Of a stretch of 47,847 nt of DNA, positions 25,501-37,874 are shown one piece after another; position 1 is the first letter of the stretch; each line of letters starts with the position of its first letter. The stretch lies in IMG/VR virus record IMGVR_UViG_3300021255_000128, positions 128,001-175,847 of that record; one strand, 5' to 3'. The DNA comes from a virus (Duplodnaviria > Heunggongvirae > Uroviricota > Caudoviricetes). Both the position numbers and the translations under genes were made by a program. The notes under the pieces were generated by a model. That model was not told where the DNA came from. It saw only the letters and a list, made by a program, of their open reading frames with translations, and made no database searches.

Positions 25501-26176
25501 ATAATTGTGTAGTTATTATCTGTAAATCTGATAAATCAGATAAAATTGGAGAAATTGCATTATTAATCTTAGTATTTAAACCTAATGCAACATAAATGGG
25601 ACTTTCTAAATCTTTTGAATCAACTAATGTTCAAACTAATCGGTCATTCTCTTCATCATAACTTGGAAGATAAACTCCTCCAGCGTCTCCTGGTTTTCCA
25701 ACTAAAACTAATTCCCAGTATTCTGATAAAATACCATATTTTTCACCATCACTTTCAACTCAATCAGTTGGTTCATTTTCATCAGAAGACATATGACTTT
25801 TTATACAAGCCAATAATGTATTATCTTTTACAACAAAGTCTACTACATATTCATCTGAAATATAATGAACTCCTTCTGTTCAAACTCCGGCAAATCTAAA
25901 TGACCGACCTCTGTAATAATCTCTTGTATGACGTAGTATATAAGATTCGGATTTAGGTTCGATATTGACAACTATATTTTTATTTGAAGTAGATATTACA
26001 TCATCTGTTTTTATATTGTTACTTGATTGTGTAGGATCTATTTTCAAAAGTGTGTTTGGTGAACCTCCGGATTTAATAGTGGATATTGTATTATCTCTTG
26101 ATACAATCTCCATTGAAACATCGTCCTGAGAATTTACTGTTGAAAAGGTATCGTTGTAATTAAAATTTATATCCAT
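16538..26176 (-). CDS. Giant fibre/host-specificity protein, 3212 aa: N-terminal anchor, ~900-aa repetitive coiled coil, then beta-fibre modules (code 4)
   Basis: Track ORFs at 25880, 22760, 22391, 19895, 18545 and 16538 share one frame and are separated by TGA. The motif GAIET(W)YYNGAPTLNNLPASE(W)TTDEDKNTHIGDLYYD has both Trp encoded by TGA. Most but not every codon was checked by hand. Confidence 0.85.
22850..25490 (-). repeat. Tandem protein repeats: ~11 x 21 aa (63 nt) followed by ~20 x 29 aa (87 nt), each centred on QTA(D/E)(E/S)I
   Basis: Examples are NAEGDISQLSQTADEIQTRVE (21 aa) and QTAEEIRSEVESNITRLDGSIEEARSEFR (29 aa). The period switches at ~24800. Confidence 0.85.
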
Positions 26177-26217
26177 TTTTGTAATTGTTCAATATCTTAT
26201 ACAATCTTATATAAAAT

Positions 26218-26415
26218 TTACATGTACTCGTAAGATGATAATATTCTTAAAATTTCATCATTGCTTAATACAGCATATCTTAGATAAAGTAACATTGTAA
26301 TTGTAGCTCTCATATAAGATAGTCTCTTATAATTATAGCCATGTCCAAGTTCAAGTTCTTTTAACTCATCCATGAACAAATCATATAAAAGTTCATTAAT
26401 CCTCTCCACAGCCAC
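26218..26415 (-). CDS. Small hypothetical protein (~65 aa, GTG start uncertain)
   Basis: ORF track entry. Overlaps the end of the upstream gene. Confidence 0.6.
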   Translation of the reverse strand: MAVERINELLYDLFMDELKELELGHGYNYKRLSYMRATITMLLYLRYAVLSNDEILRILSSYEYM

Positions 26416-27046
26416 ATTCCTTTAATGATTTTCTAACATCTTTACATAAACCACTACAAGTTTGTAAACGATTTAATAACGATTGTGCCTCTTGATATTT
26501 ATTTTGTCTAATTAAATATCTTAATACAAATAAAGCACTAGCTAAAAAATCTGCATTTGCCGCATATGGATTATTTGTACATGCAATTTTACATCCATTT
26601 TCAAATATACTGTTTAATCTATTACTTTCAGTAATAATAAAACATTTAACAATATTAAATATTGAAAAGAATATATCATCAAATCAGAAAACGTTTACAT
26701 TTTCAGATTTTTGTTTTCAGATTGTTTCAAAATCAACAACTTCACCATTAAGGTAAATTTTTCCATCCTCATAATAACAGTAATCATCACCCTCATGACT
26801 TTCTGTTGGAAGGATTAATTTTTGATAAACATACATTCCATCGGCTATTAATTCAAATGAGGAAACGGTATTTTCTACCAATAAAGTTGTTTTTGTAGTA
26901 ATAATGCTAGATTTATAATCAAGTAATCTTTCAATAACTATGTGATTCGATACATCTTCTTCTCATTCAGAATAATTTGTACGATCTGTTAATACAAGAT
27001 TACCATTTTCATCAGCACTAAGCGTGATCTCCAGTCTACTATCCAT
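26396..27046 (-). CDS. Putative virion structural protein, 216 aa, Cys-rich C-terminus (code 4); absent from the ORF track
   Basis: MDSRLEITLSADENGNLVLTDRTNYSE(W)EE..CSGLCKDVRKSLKECGCGED*TAA. The ATG is 1 nt after the portal stop. Confidence 0.75.
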
Positions 27047-27047
27047 A

Positions 27048-29267
27048 TTATACGTCTCTTATTTGATCATTATACGGATTACCATCTCGAATTTGCATAA
27101 TTTCTGCTTGAAGTTGTCTTTCTTTAACTTCAATAAGTTTATCATTGTAATCCTTCTTATCACGAGCAACTCTATCTTCAATCTGAACTCTCTGTTGCTC
27201 AATGTTAAGTTTCTGTTGAGAATTAGATTGTATTTGTTTTTGTAGAGATTGAATTTGAGATTCATAATCTCCAATTTGTTTTTCATATTGTTTTTGCTGA
27301 CTTGTAAGTTGTTCAACTTGCTGTTGTAATTGTTGAATCATATTATTTTCAGCCTTCTTACTTTGCATCGATTTATTAATATAACGCTTTAACTGTGTCA
27401 TATTCTTTGCACGAGTAATTTCAACTAAATCAGCAGCATCAATCATATTAGCTTTAATTAATTCAGGAACATTTGCCTGTAATTGTTCTCTCATATGATA
27501 TGATTCAGAACTATCTTCAATATGAATATCAAAGTCAGTTAATGTATAGTGTTCCGGCAATGCAGTAAATGTTTTTACAAGTCTATCTCCTAAAACAATA
27601 GTACCTGTAATTCCATCTTTATAAACAACTTTAGCTTCATTTAATAGATCGTAATTTGCTTCTTTATACATAAGATCCATTGCATGAAAATATTGTTTTG
27701 TGAGTAAAGTTGATTGATGAATTCCAACTTTTACATTACTTACTGCATCACGTTGTTCAATTTGTCCAAGTTTTTCAGCAAATACTCCAGTAATAGCAGA
27801 TGCTTGTGCTTCTACACTATCAATTGCGATTTGAATTGCCTGAATAGATTGTGCTTTAATTGTATCATCAAATCCATTAAAAGTAGTATTAATTATTTGA
27901 GCACCTTCTTGTGATGAATCATATAAAGCAAGCCCATTCTTTTTATACGCTTGCCATTTCATAATTCTTTCAGGCATATCAACACCTAGAGATACAGGTA
28001 TATGTGCGATATCAATCCAATCTCCTACAGTACCACTAGTAGCAATAAGATTATCTCTAGAGTACAATAGAAGATCATATTTATCTTGAAGATTCATTGT
28101 AGCCTGCATGAGACTATAAGGTTGTCCATTTTTATCATTAAAGAACATTCCGTTTATGTTTAACGAAACTTCTTTAGGATTGGATCTATTTTGAACATAA
28201 TATTTAGATTCTCCAGGAGTAATATAAACTTCTTCTCCAATTTTCACACCATAATGTAATACAGAACGACGTTGAGTTTTATCTCATTCAATTCATTCAC
28301 ATTCATAAACTTCAATTAATTCAGAATTATGATAACTATACTGTCCTGTATCATCTCAAGGAAATAAAGGATGAACTTCTCTACCAGCAATAATTCCAGG
28401 AGTTTCTTCATGAGGATCTCCAAGTAAACCACCTCTATCATCATATAAAGGCCCTGTAGAACGTACAATAATCGCTCTATCTCCTCGATCTCTTCTGGAA
28501 TCCATTGAATTTATCTTATCTACTGCATCTTTTCCTAAATCATCGGCAAACTCATTAAGTATTTGCTCCTTTGTCATTCATCGTCTTATTACAGCCCTTC
28601 TTGATTTATTAAGGTAGAATTCATTAGGATTTCTCTCAATAAACGTGTCGAGTGGATTAAGAATTTCTAATCCAATATCATCACCTTTTGGTTTTGTTCT
28701 ATAATAACAAATACCTCCTATAAGAAGGTCTGTAAATAACTCCCGCATTTTATTTTTTAAATCAATATTGCGAGAAGAACGAATATACGCTAAAATATTT
28801 TGTGCAGCAATTTCATAATCAGAAACAAAAGTGTTCTCTATTTCGGATTGAATTCGCTGCATTTCCTTTTCAATAAAAGGATCGTTGACAGGTTGTTGAT
28901 TATTCAGAATGATATTTACAATTGCATTTTGTAGATATTTTCTTAAATAATCATATAAGGCTCTATCAATCTTTAATTTCTTATCTCTAAAAATATTTGA
29001 GACGGTTTCGTCATCCTTACATGTAACTTGTAAATCCGGTTCTAGTTCAAGATATTCACCAACAAGCACATCAATGTGCTTCTTAATCAATGGAGTGAAT
29101 CCGACAGATGTTGGGACACCGATACCGTAATTTTCCTCAATATGTCTAAATTGTTCGGCGTCTCTTACGCCGTGATAATAGTTATAAGCTTTTTTTAAAG
29201 CCACTTTATCATAAACCAAATCACCTATACAATGATTGATTTTTTCAATTTCTTTTTCTTTTACCAT
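27048..29267 (-). CDS. Portal protein, 739 aa (crAss-like; code 4)
   Basis: Three track ORFs in one frame joined by TGA. Motifs AYNYYHG, TPLIKKHIDVLVGE and ITGV..LGQIEQRDAVSNV, a C-terminal Gln-rich coil, and a position downstream of TerL. Confidence 0.85.
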
Positions 29268-29554
29268 CCTAGTTCTAATTCACCATCGTCATTACAAACA
29301 AGTACAGGAATCTCTCTTGTTGTCTTTCAATATTTAACTTCATGAAGTCTTCTTTTCTTCATTTCTCGTTTTACAAACTTTTTGAAATCCTCGTATGTAC
29401 CTTGTTTAGACATGACCATCGGAACGAGCTCTCTATTCAAATAAAGATAGAGAGTTCATATATCACCATCTTGTCTAACGTGTAATTTGGTGATATATTC
29501 TCGTTCCGTTGCATCATTGATTATTTGTCTAATCTCGTCTTCTATTTCCTTCAT
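29261..29554 (-). CDS. Conserved hypothetical protein between TerL and portal, 97 aa (code 4); absent from the ORF track
   Basis: MKEIEDEIRQIINDATEREYITKLHVRQDGDI(W)TLYLYLNRE..HEVKY(W)K..LELGW*. Overlaps both neighbours. Confidence 0.75.
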
Positions 29555-31779
29555 TGTACCTCGTATTTATTTTGTTTTGGAATTGCACCATGATGTAAAT
29601 GTCCAGATTCATCTCTATATCATCCAAAATCAACTCATTGCGACGATATATCAACAACTTTAGCAGGATTTAATCCAAATAAAGCTTCATCTCCAATTTC
29701 TGCCATTTCCATAGCAGCAATAATATCGAACTTGCGCTTATTAGCATAAGAGTATTTAAGAAGTTCATTTAACATATCGGTATAATCGATAGTTGGTCAA
29801 TAATCTTCAAGAAATGCGGCAACTAATTCCAATCCATGTTTAATTACAGCTTCTGTAGCAGGAACACCAATTAATCGTTTTGTTACTTGTTTTTGTGCTC
29901 TTGTAGATACTGCAAATTCCGGTCTTTTCATTAATAAATCATCAGCTTTTCGTTCTTGCAAGAACTTCTGAAAAGAAATTTTTGTAAATTCAAGCATGGC
30001 TTGACAATTGTATCATACTAAAAGTTTATGTGCAGTTTCATATGCTTCACGAATTCTTCTAGGTCTTGCTTTATACATCGCAACATATTTTGGGTCATCC
30101 ATACCTCGAATTCTCTTTTTTATAACAATACAAAAATCCGAAACATCGTTATCTGTTGCAGATTCATCTGAACCTTGATCAATAGCATCAATACCTGCAA
30201 CATACAAATTTTTAAATGCAGATCCATCTTCAGCAAGCATTGGCGGTTCTACTACAAGAACATTTCCAGCAGGAGATTCAAAAGAATTAACTTTTTCATA
30301 TAACTTATCCGTAGTTTTATCTCATGTAAGAACAGTTCTTCTTGGTTCGGTATAATCTTTCTTTGTAAGAATTTGAGCCATTCGAGCTGCAATTAATTCA
30401 GCATCAAAAATATTTTCTCCTGTTTTAGATAAAGCTTCTTCTGGAATAAAACAATGTTCAGCACATTCAGATAAATATTTATCTCCAGTTAATTTTTTAC
30501 GTTGCGCGATATAGTATTCTTTGAATCTTATATGATCAGTAACACCTCTAGAATCAAGATATTCTGAACTCAGAGCGAATTTATGTGCTGGAATAAAGAA
30601 TGCACGTAATTCTGGTTCTCCATCTTGTGAATCATAATTTTTAAATGGGAGAACATTAAATGCTTCCGGATCCATAAAAATATCAGAAAGACCTTGAAGA
30701 GCCATATCTTCACCGCCTGTTCCACCAGCAATACGTACACCAAAATGAATACCGCCTAATGCTACTAGAGCATCCGCTTTAATTCAACTTTCTGCAAGTT
30801 TGTTATTACTACCTGCTTCTTCAAAGAATAAACGATCAACACGTTCACCTCTAACCTTATCGGATGTATCTGCTACAACAGCTCTCACCTGAGACATCCA
30901 GCCAAATTCAGTACCATCCTTTGTAATCTTAGAAGCACGTTTGGTATCATTATTGTTTAAAACTTGTCGAACATGTCTCATACCGCCTTGTGTATTGGTA
31001 TTTAATCAGTCCATTTGTTTCCAACATTTATTCTTTAATGGAGCTAATTTATTGTCAGCAGCGCATGTTAAAAGAACATTATAATTCTGATTTGTTGTAT
31101 AGGGTCTCACAGATAAAGACGCAATAACTTCAGAAAAACCAACACCTCTGGCTTTTAATATACAAACATCCTTGTGAAGTTTTTCAGCCATTTCTAAATA
31201 ATGAAAGAATTCATATTGTTTAGATAAAAATCCTGGAAATGATTCTTTACGTCCAGAACCTCCAACAGCGCCTTCAAGAACTGTTTGCATTCTATAATAA
31301 TTCAAAAAGAAATAGTGATCGCCAGTAATTCTATATTTTCCTACACTATATCCTTCTCTGCAACGTCGATATTCTTCTTTTCAAAATTCTAGATATGGCT
31401 TTGTACCTTGAGGAAATTCTGTATATTTTCCATTAGTTTCATATCTAGTTGCACGTTCTCTAAATGGAGCAATTTCAAAATCTAAACCTTGCTCCATTGT
31501 AATTGGTCTATATCCTGTAATTTCATAAGACAATTCTGGATCAAAATACTTGATTTCTTCATCAATTGGAACATCTCACTGTGCATTTTTTCGTCTATGG
31601 TGAACTCAGATCTGATCTTTCTGTTCTTGCACATTTTCAATATCAATCGAATCTAATTTCTTTCTTTTTTCTTCAAATAATTGTCTTATTAAACTTTCTT
31701 CATAATTCTCCGTAAATTTCGGCATTTTTCTACGTTTCTCTAACGGAGTTTCTAATTTCTTCTTATCACTCTTAGCCAT
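29542..31779 (-). CDS. terL: Terminase large subunit, 745 aa (crAss-like; code 4)
   Basis: EF(W)KEEYRRCREGY..RITGDHYFFLNY, Walker A KARGVGFS, Walker B LFFEEAG, GGTGG, and RNase-H-fold YVAGIDAID and KRKFDIIAA. Five track ORFs in one frame. Confidence 0.92.
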
Positions 31780-31801
31780 ATTATTCCTCTAAATTTTTGC
31801 A

Positions 31802-32374
31802 TTAATCAAATGCACCAAGAGAAACATCTCCTCGTACTTTTGATTCAGCAGCAAGATCTGTTTTATGTTGCAATTCTAACTCTTGTAACTGAGTTCTCAT
31901 TTTACTTATTTCTCCAATTGATGCAAGAACATCTTTAGCTTTATGGATTGGTTTTCCTTCAACATCAACTTCACTAAAATCGATATTGTCCAAATAAACT
32001 TGGAACTTATAAAGTGTTCTATAAGCAACTTTAATTGAAGTAAGTATTGGATCTGCATCTTGCAGTTCTTCATACTTCTGATATGCAGCAGCAAAGTCTG
32101 GATCTTGTAAATCTTTTTCTTTAAGTCCAGAATCTATTAAAGCTGCTTCTTGCCTATCTTTTATTGGAGATTTAAAATAAGGGGATTTAAAATCGAGAAC
32201 CAGATAAATATAAGTAAATTCTTTATAAGCCCTAAGTCTTTTTTCTCCAGTCTTATCTTCTTTACACTTATTTCTCTCTGGTTCTCAAAGTTTTGCAAAT
32301 TCTTTAATTAATAATATGGAATAATCATCTATTTGAAGAGTGTTTGTAGCATTATCAAATATAAAGATTTGCAT
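31802..32374 (-). CDS. Putative terminase small subunit, 190 aa (code 4)
   Basis: MQIFIFDN..LLIKEFAKL(W)EPERN..AYKEFTYIYLVLDFKSPY.. A helical protein immediately upstream of TerL. The function is inferred from position only. Confidence 0.55.
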
Positions 32375-32388
32375 ATATTAACTTAATT

Positions 32389-34470
32389 TTATTTCATGAG
32401 TTTAATAGGAGCTCTAAAAGGAATATATGAACTTCTTTGATTAAACTCAGGATTATTTATGTAAAAATTCTTTAAAGATTCTCATTTATTTCTATACCCT
32501 TCAAATTCCTCTTCGGAAATCAACTTTCCGTTTCGTTTATCTGAGCGGAACATACTATATGATGGTTTTCCATTTTTATCATATGTTACGTTAACTGTAC
32601 GTACAGTGTAATCAGGATCAAAACTGTAAGTAAATATAGAATCTCGTTGTTCTCTATTTGCAGATGGAAGTGTACGGAGCGTCATTCTTGTTGGAGGTGA
32701 TACAACTGTTTCACTATGAGGTGTATCTACAGAATATCCATTCTGTGCTTTTTCAATTTGACCACCTTGTTTAAAACCAACAGGTTTTAGCATTCGTAAA
32801 TTATTAGCTATTGTCTCAGCAAAATCTGTACCACTTGCGTATCGTCCAGTATTAACTCCCGTTCTACTAATAATTCTACCAGTTGCATTTTCAGCTAAAC
32901 GTTCACCAGAACCTTCACCAATAGTATGAAGGTACGTTCCAACTCTGGATTGTACAGGATTTCATCAGGTTCTAACTCCGTTTACTACTTCTGGTGCACC
33001 ATTTATAATATATGGTAAAGCTTCTGCAGTAGCAAGAGATCCAGCTAAAACAGCAGCGCCTTTAGCAACATTTCTTCCAGCTTGTTCTGTACGCGATTGT
33101 TGATTTGCAACAGTTCTGTTTGCCGAAATATTGTGTGGAAGTTTTTTATAATTAATACTTTGCTGTAGTGTTTCAGGAGTATTATCATAAATTTGTTGGA
33201 TTAGATCAGTGCCACCTTTCAGATTATATAAATATGCTCTAGCTTGATTTGCAGATTCATCATCTCCCCAGAATCATTCAGGATTTGCAGTAGCTCTTTC
33301 AGCAATATCGTTTAAATAACGTCTTTGTTGATTTGCAAGATTATTATTAGTAGTATTTCTTTGCGACGTATTTGTAACTTTGGAATCAGTCGTTCTTTGT
33401 CTTGGAGCATTTAAACTTCTTGCTAAACCAGAATTAGTTTCATCAAGTAATGTGTCTAATGTTCTTTGAGTTTCTGGTAGTGCTAATTGTTCAGGAGCAG
33501 TGATTGCAGCAGGTGCATTTAGTACTGGAGCTGAAACATTTAATTGTATTGGTTTATCTATAATAGAACGTTCTGTAGGTTTAATTCCGGCAGCCATTTC
33601 TCTAGCTCTTTGACGAGCTTCTGCTCCACGTAAACCCATAGCTCTTGCAGCATTCATTGCATTAGCCATTGCAAATGCGAATTGTTCATTGTTTTCAGAC
33701 ATTCCATTCACTCTTGCTAATTCTCTGGCTTGCCGGCGTGTAAGTCTAGTATCTACATCATACCCAGGTAGATCTGTATAAACAATTCCGCCTTCTTGCT
33801 TAGTTTCCACATAGTTGCTACGATTAATCGAAGGGTTTTGTTTTAAGGTTGTTATGGTACCATCTGCAAGTCTTGTAAAAGAACTAACATTATACGGCTC
33901 TGGTAATGATTCCGGATTTCACAGCATTCTTGACTGATTAATAGTATTATTAAATCTTGCAAGATTTGTAGGGTATGTAACAGTTCAAGTTCTATCGTTG
34001 TTTCTAGAATTGATATATTCCATTGTTCTAGGCTCATTTTCATAACCTAGGAAAACTCCATTCTCATTATAATAACCTTTAGGTATTTCGTTAAATGGAC
34101 CAGTAATGCCACCCTGTTGATTTAATTTAATTCCACCACATCCACAATCAACTCCACCACCTTTGCCAAATTTAGTAACTAATTGTTGTAGTTTTCCACC
34201 ACATTTAAATATTTGTGATTCTTCCATAGGTGTATAATTTAATACGTTCATCATCGCTTGTTGTACTGATTCATCAGAAGGATTCTCTCCGACCTGTTTA
34301 AATATTTCACTAAGTACTCCTTCTTCAGAACCATATGTATTTACCGCATCTTGCCAAAGTTGCTCTACTTTTTCAGGAGAATCTTCTAACATAAAGATTC
34401 TAGCAATTTCTGATTTTATTGCTTTTGTATCAATTTTACCACCTTTAGCAAATATTTGTAAGTAATTCAT
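32389..34470 (-). CDS. Putative virion cargo/internal protein, 693 aa (code 4)
   Basis: Track ORFs 33985, 33274 and 32482 join through TGAs, including a TGA-TGA pair. Repeated short xxxGG motifs and one hydrophobic segment (GAAVLAGSLATAEALPYII). Confidence 0.7.
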
Positions 34471-34472
34471 TT

Positions 34473-34715
34473 TTATAACTTAAGCAAATCTTTCGTAGAG
34501 AACAATTCCTCATGCATCACTTGATTTTTATCAAATCATCTGCATTTAATACCCAGGAATACATTCTCCATCTCTTGAGTTTCTTTATTAACCATAGAAC
34601 GTACAACTTTTTCTACAACAAACATTTTTGGAGTATTATCAATGTGATGCTTAATTGTTACAGTATCTCCTGGATTAAAGAAAACTTTATTTTCATCATA
34701 ATCATTATAAATCAT
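34473..34715 (-). CDS. YodC/DUF2158-like small protein, 80 aa (code 4); absent from the ORF track
   Basis: FNPGDTVTIKH..PKMFV..GIKCR(W)FDKN..ELFSTKDL. The conserved CxWF tryptophan is encoded by TGA. Confidence 0.65.
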
Positions 34716-34718
34716 AGC

Positions 34719-35141
34719 TTATTCATTTTGTGTTCCCTTTGGAACGATTCTACATAATATATTTTGTTCATCTACCTCTCATAGGTTTTGTTTTCTAAAT
34801 GGTACTGGTTTGAGAATATGCTTTATAAGAAAAACATCCTCTCCAACTTTTACATTTTTACAAAAAGGACCAACTGCGATCACTTTTGCACAAGTAACAT
34901 ATTCATCATTCTCTTCAATTTCTCCAGAATCACTGGATTTAACTTTCTGAGAACTTTGAACACCTATAATAAGGCCGGACTCAGTTTTTTCAATTTTACG
35001 ATAGGGATTTTCATCATAAGGTTTTACAATAACTCCCACATTACAAGGAATTATGTCAAACTCTCCCTCTTTAATTCCATCTAATTGTTTTTCAATAATT
35101 GTATCAGACATTAACCTATCTAAATAATCCATATTAGCCAT
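34719..35141 (-). CDS. GroES-like co-chaperonin, 140 aa (code 4)
   Basis: IIPCNVGVIVKP..KTESGLII..AKVIAVGP..VKVGEDV. Read-through of TGA 34779 supplies the final (W)EVDEQNIICRI strand. Confidence 0.75.
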
Positions 35142-35142
35142 A

Positions 35143-35367
35143 TTATCATTTATTTAAAGAACAGTGTTCATCAGGACTTGCAGTTTTTGCATGTAATTCA
35201 CATCCACAATGTGAGCAAATATAACCACGTCCTATTTTAATCTTATCATCACATTCCATACAAATTTGGAATCTCTCTTTAGACTGTTTTATATTTTTGT
35301 GGAAGATAAAATTATATCAACCTATAATAACTCTTCCTACTCAATTAAAGAACCTTTTTATTACCAT
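35143..35367 (-). CDS. Small Cys-rich (Zn-binding-type) protein, 74 aa (code 4)
   Basis: RFQICMEC..ICSHCGCELHAK..HCSLNK(W)*TAA. Paralogue of the adjacent gene. Confidence 0.7.
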
Positions 35368-35576
35368 TTTTTAGCAACACAATGTGCTGTTGGATTTTTA
35401 GATTTCCATTTAAGCCTACAAGCACAGCCTCTAATTCATCCAGACTTTGGAAGTCTTGATATCTCTCCAGTTTGAGGATTCATCCATTTGGAACTATCAC
35501 AAACTGGCCCATAAACAGGGTCATTTTTAACTAGAGGACATGTTGCACATATTTTTAATCTTTCTTCACTTGTCAT
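35361..35576 (-). CDS. Small Cys-rich protein, 71 aa (code 4)
   Basis: MTSEERLKICATCP..GCACRLKWK..HCVAKKW*TAA, with one internal TGA. Confidence 0.7.
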
Positions 35577-35577
35577 A

Positions 35578-36531
35578 CTATCCTATTTTATATGGTTCTA
35601 TCCTATCTAATTGTTCTCGTATCTGAAGTTGATTTTTATAATGTCTTATCATTCTTTCAACATCATTTTTACAATATTCCATCGGATATTCTGTTTGTTT
35701 TCCGGATCGATCGATATGAATAATTGATAAACCTCTAATGTTAAATTCTGGCCTTAATTGTTGTAATATTCAGCAATAAGTACTTAACTGCAATTGATAA
35801 TGTGCATAATTGCAATCCATAAAGTTATTAAGAGGATATTTCATACGTTGAACATCTTTCTTATTCTTATCATAAAAGCTCCTTTTCTTAATTTCTTTAT
35901 TTGTTTTCCAATCTAAGCATCAAATATCATTTCCTTGTTTAACAATTAAGTCAGATTGTCCAGCAATTTTTAATTTACCATCATCCGATGTTCAAGACAT
36001 TAAAAATTCTGGATAAACAGCATTTGGAAGATCCAATTCAAAATAGTTACGTGGACAATCATATAATCCAGATGCTTCTGCATATCCGTATTTTGAAAAA
36101 TCAAACTGAGTGTTACCATAAAATGTATTCTCCATTAAAGAGTGTACATAACTACCATGTTCGCAAGCTTCATCACGATTTAAAGCTCATTCTTGTTTGA
36201 TTTTATCAACTTCTTTATTAAATTCTTCAAGATTTACTTTATATTTTTCTAATAAAGAATTATCCCACCTTTTAGTTGCTTGGAGTTTTAATTTAACATT
36301 TGATCATACATCTCCATCTAAAAATAACTCTAAAGCTTTATATTTAGATCAAAACTCTTCATCAAATTTATTTTCATACTCTCCAATTAACGTAGTTACG
36401 GAAATATAATGTGAACCATCTTTCTTATTTACATATAAATGACTTGCATCATTAAAGAAAAGTTCTTTGTTTTCTTTATCAACACTAAGTCCATATAATT
36501 CTTTATACTCAATTCCGTCTAATTTTGGCAT
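35578..36531 (-). CDS. PD-(D/E)XK (Cas4/RecB-like) nuclease, 317 aa (code 4)
   Basis: HLY..SVTTLI, GSYVH, E..AGQSDL..LDWKT, HYQLQLSTY. Only the first 60 aa appear in the track. Confidence 0.85.
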
Positions 36532-36578
36532 TTTTAATTCATTTTACATTATTCATACTCATCTACATTTAGTATTAT

Positions 36579-36971
36579 TTATTCAGATTGCTCTGTATTC
36601 TTTTCAAGCATTAATTCTTCTGGAGTAAGTTCAGAATATCCGAATGGAGGTATTCTTGTTTTACATCCAAGTTTTGAACATCGCATTAAAGTAGCTTTTG
36701 CCAAGGCTGTATTAGCTTCATCTAATTTTTGTCTTAACATCGCACTAGTATCTTCAAGTTCAGTGATTCTTGAATCCTTTTTCTCAAGTCTTTCGTTTTG
36801 TTTTTCAATCTGATCTTGAAGTCCATTAACTAACATGCTCCACCGATTATCTTCTTTTTCTGCGTTGTCAATTTTCATACTTTTTTTGGTCTCTCGTATG
36901 GTAAATAGGCTAATTATTCCTCCACCAGTCAACGCTCCGATTATTGCAATTATAATTGATATTCAATCCAT
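36579..36971 (-). CDS. Putative holin / membrane-anchored coiled-coil protein, 130 aa (code 4)
   Basis: An N-terminal TM segment MD(W)ISIIIAIIGALTGGGIISLF, then a coiled coil and a CxxxxC-RxPP tail. Transcribed divergently from the endolysin cassette. Confidence 0.6.
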
Positions 36972-37034
36972 TTTTATAATTTAAGATTAAATTGTTTCAC
37001 AATACACGTTCTTATTATCCTATTATTTTTCGGG

Positions 37035-37066
37035 CAAATATAATAATTTATTTTGATATTTCCAAA
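37035..37066 (-). promoter_or_regulatory. Bacteroidota sigma promoter TTTG-N20-TATATTTG (leftward)
   Basis: Both boxes present with canonical spacing. Points into the holin-TerL-portal-fibre operon. Confidence 0.8.
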
Positions 37067-37073
37067 TTTTAAA

Positions 37074-37105
37074 CTTGGAATTTTAAAAGAAAATTCTTAT
37101 ATTTG
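37074..37105 (+). promoter_or_regulatory. Bacteroidota sigma promoter CTTG-N20-TATATTTG (rightward)
   Basis: Back-to-back with the leftward promoter, 26 nt upstream of ATG 37132. Confidence 0.75.
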
Positions 37106-37131
37106 TGCCAAAATATAAAACATAAAAGATT

Positions 37132-37392
37132 ATGAACGATAAGATTGAATTTTTAGTACAAAAACTTAAGAATGGATCAGGGATCCATATTAAGAAAAAG
37201 AATCGTGGAAAATTTACTGATTTCTGTGGAGGTAAAGTTACTGAAGCTTGTATTCAACGTGGATTACATTCATCTAACCCTACAACAAGAAAAAGAGCTA
37301 ATTTTGCACGCAATGCTAGACGATGGTCTAAGAAACACCAGTTCGGTGGTATTATAGACGAGCCTATTGTTAAATCTCTTATAAAATGATAA
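37132..37392 (+). CDS. Small basic protein, 85-86 aa, with crAss-type motif IHIKKKNRGKFT..RKRANFARNARRW
   Basis: ORF track entry. Ends AAA-TGA-TAA, so it is made almost identically under either code. Confidence 0.8.
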
Positions 37393-37874
37393 ATTGATTT
37401 AAAAAGAAAACTCCAAGAACTTGAAAATTTGGTGATAATCCAAAAGTACATTGATTGGCAACTAATAGATCAAAATATGATATGACTACATTTTGTAAAA
37501 TTGTATTAACTCAACTTCTAAAAATAGAGAATGTTGAATTAGTAGTTCTTACAAACGATAAGGCCATTTCTAAATTTGATTCTTCTGATATCGAAATGCA
37601 AGCATTATTGCAAGGTGTTCCTGAAAGACATCAATATCGATTAACACTACATAGTAGAATTAACCAATCAATGCTTACTGCAATTATTTGTCATGAAATG
37701 ATTCATCTAAAACAGTATGAAAAAGGTGAGTTAAAATTAGTTCATGGAGGTGCAACATGAAATGGAAAATTTTATGAGAAATGTACGCCATACTTCGATA
37801 GACCTTGGGAAATCGAAGCAAATGACAAAATGTATGAATTAGAAAGAGAAGTATTAAAGTTATACTATGAATAA
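37386..37874 (+). CDS. HEXXH zinc metallopeptidase, 162 aa (code 4)
   Basis: IICHEMIHLKQY..(W)NGK..YFDRPWEIEA. The third zinc ligand region lies beyond TGA 37758. Four in-frame TGAs. Confidence 0.8.

Noticed and set aside
1889-26176. Diversity-generating retroelement or invertible shufflon acting on the fibres
   Set aside because: No reverse transcriptase or recombinase in the window, no near-identical TR/VR pair with A-specific mismatches, and all cassettes are co-oriented.
29542-31779. Introns or inteins in TerL or portal
   Set aside because: Both are continuous single frames of ordinary length under table 4.
35578-36531. Cas4 as part of a CRISPR system
   Set aside because: A stand-alone PD-(D/E)XK nuclease with no cas neighbours or array. 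Such nucleases are common in phages.
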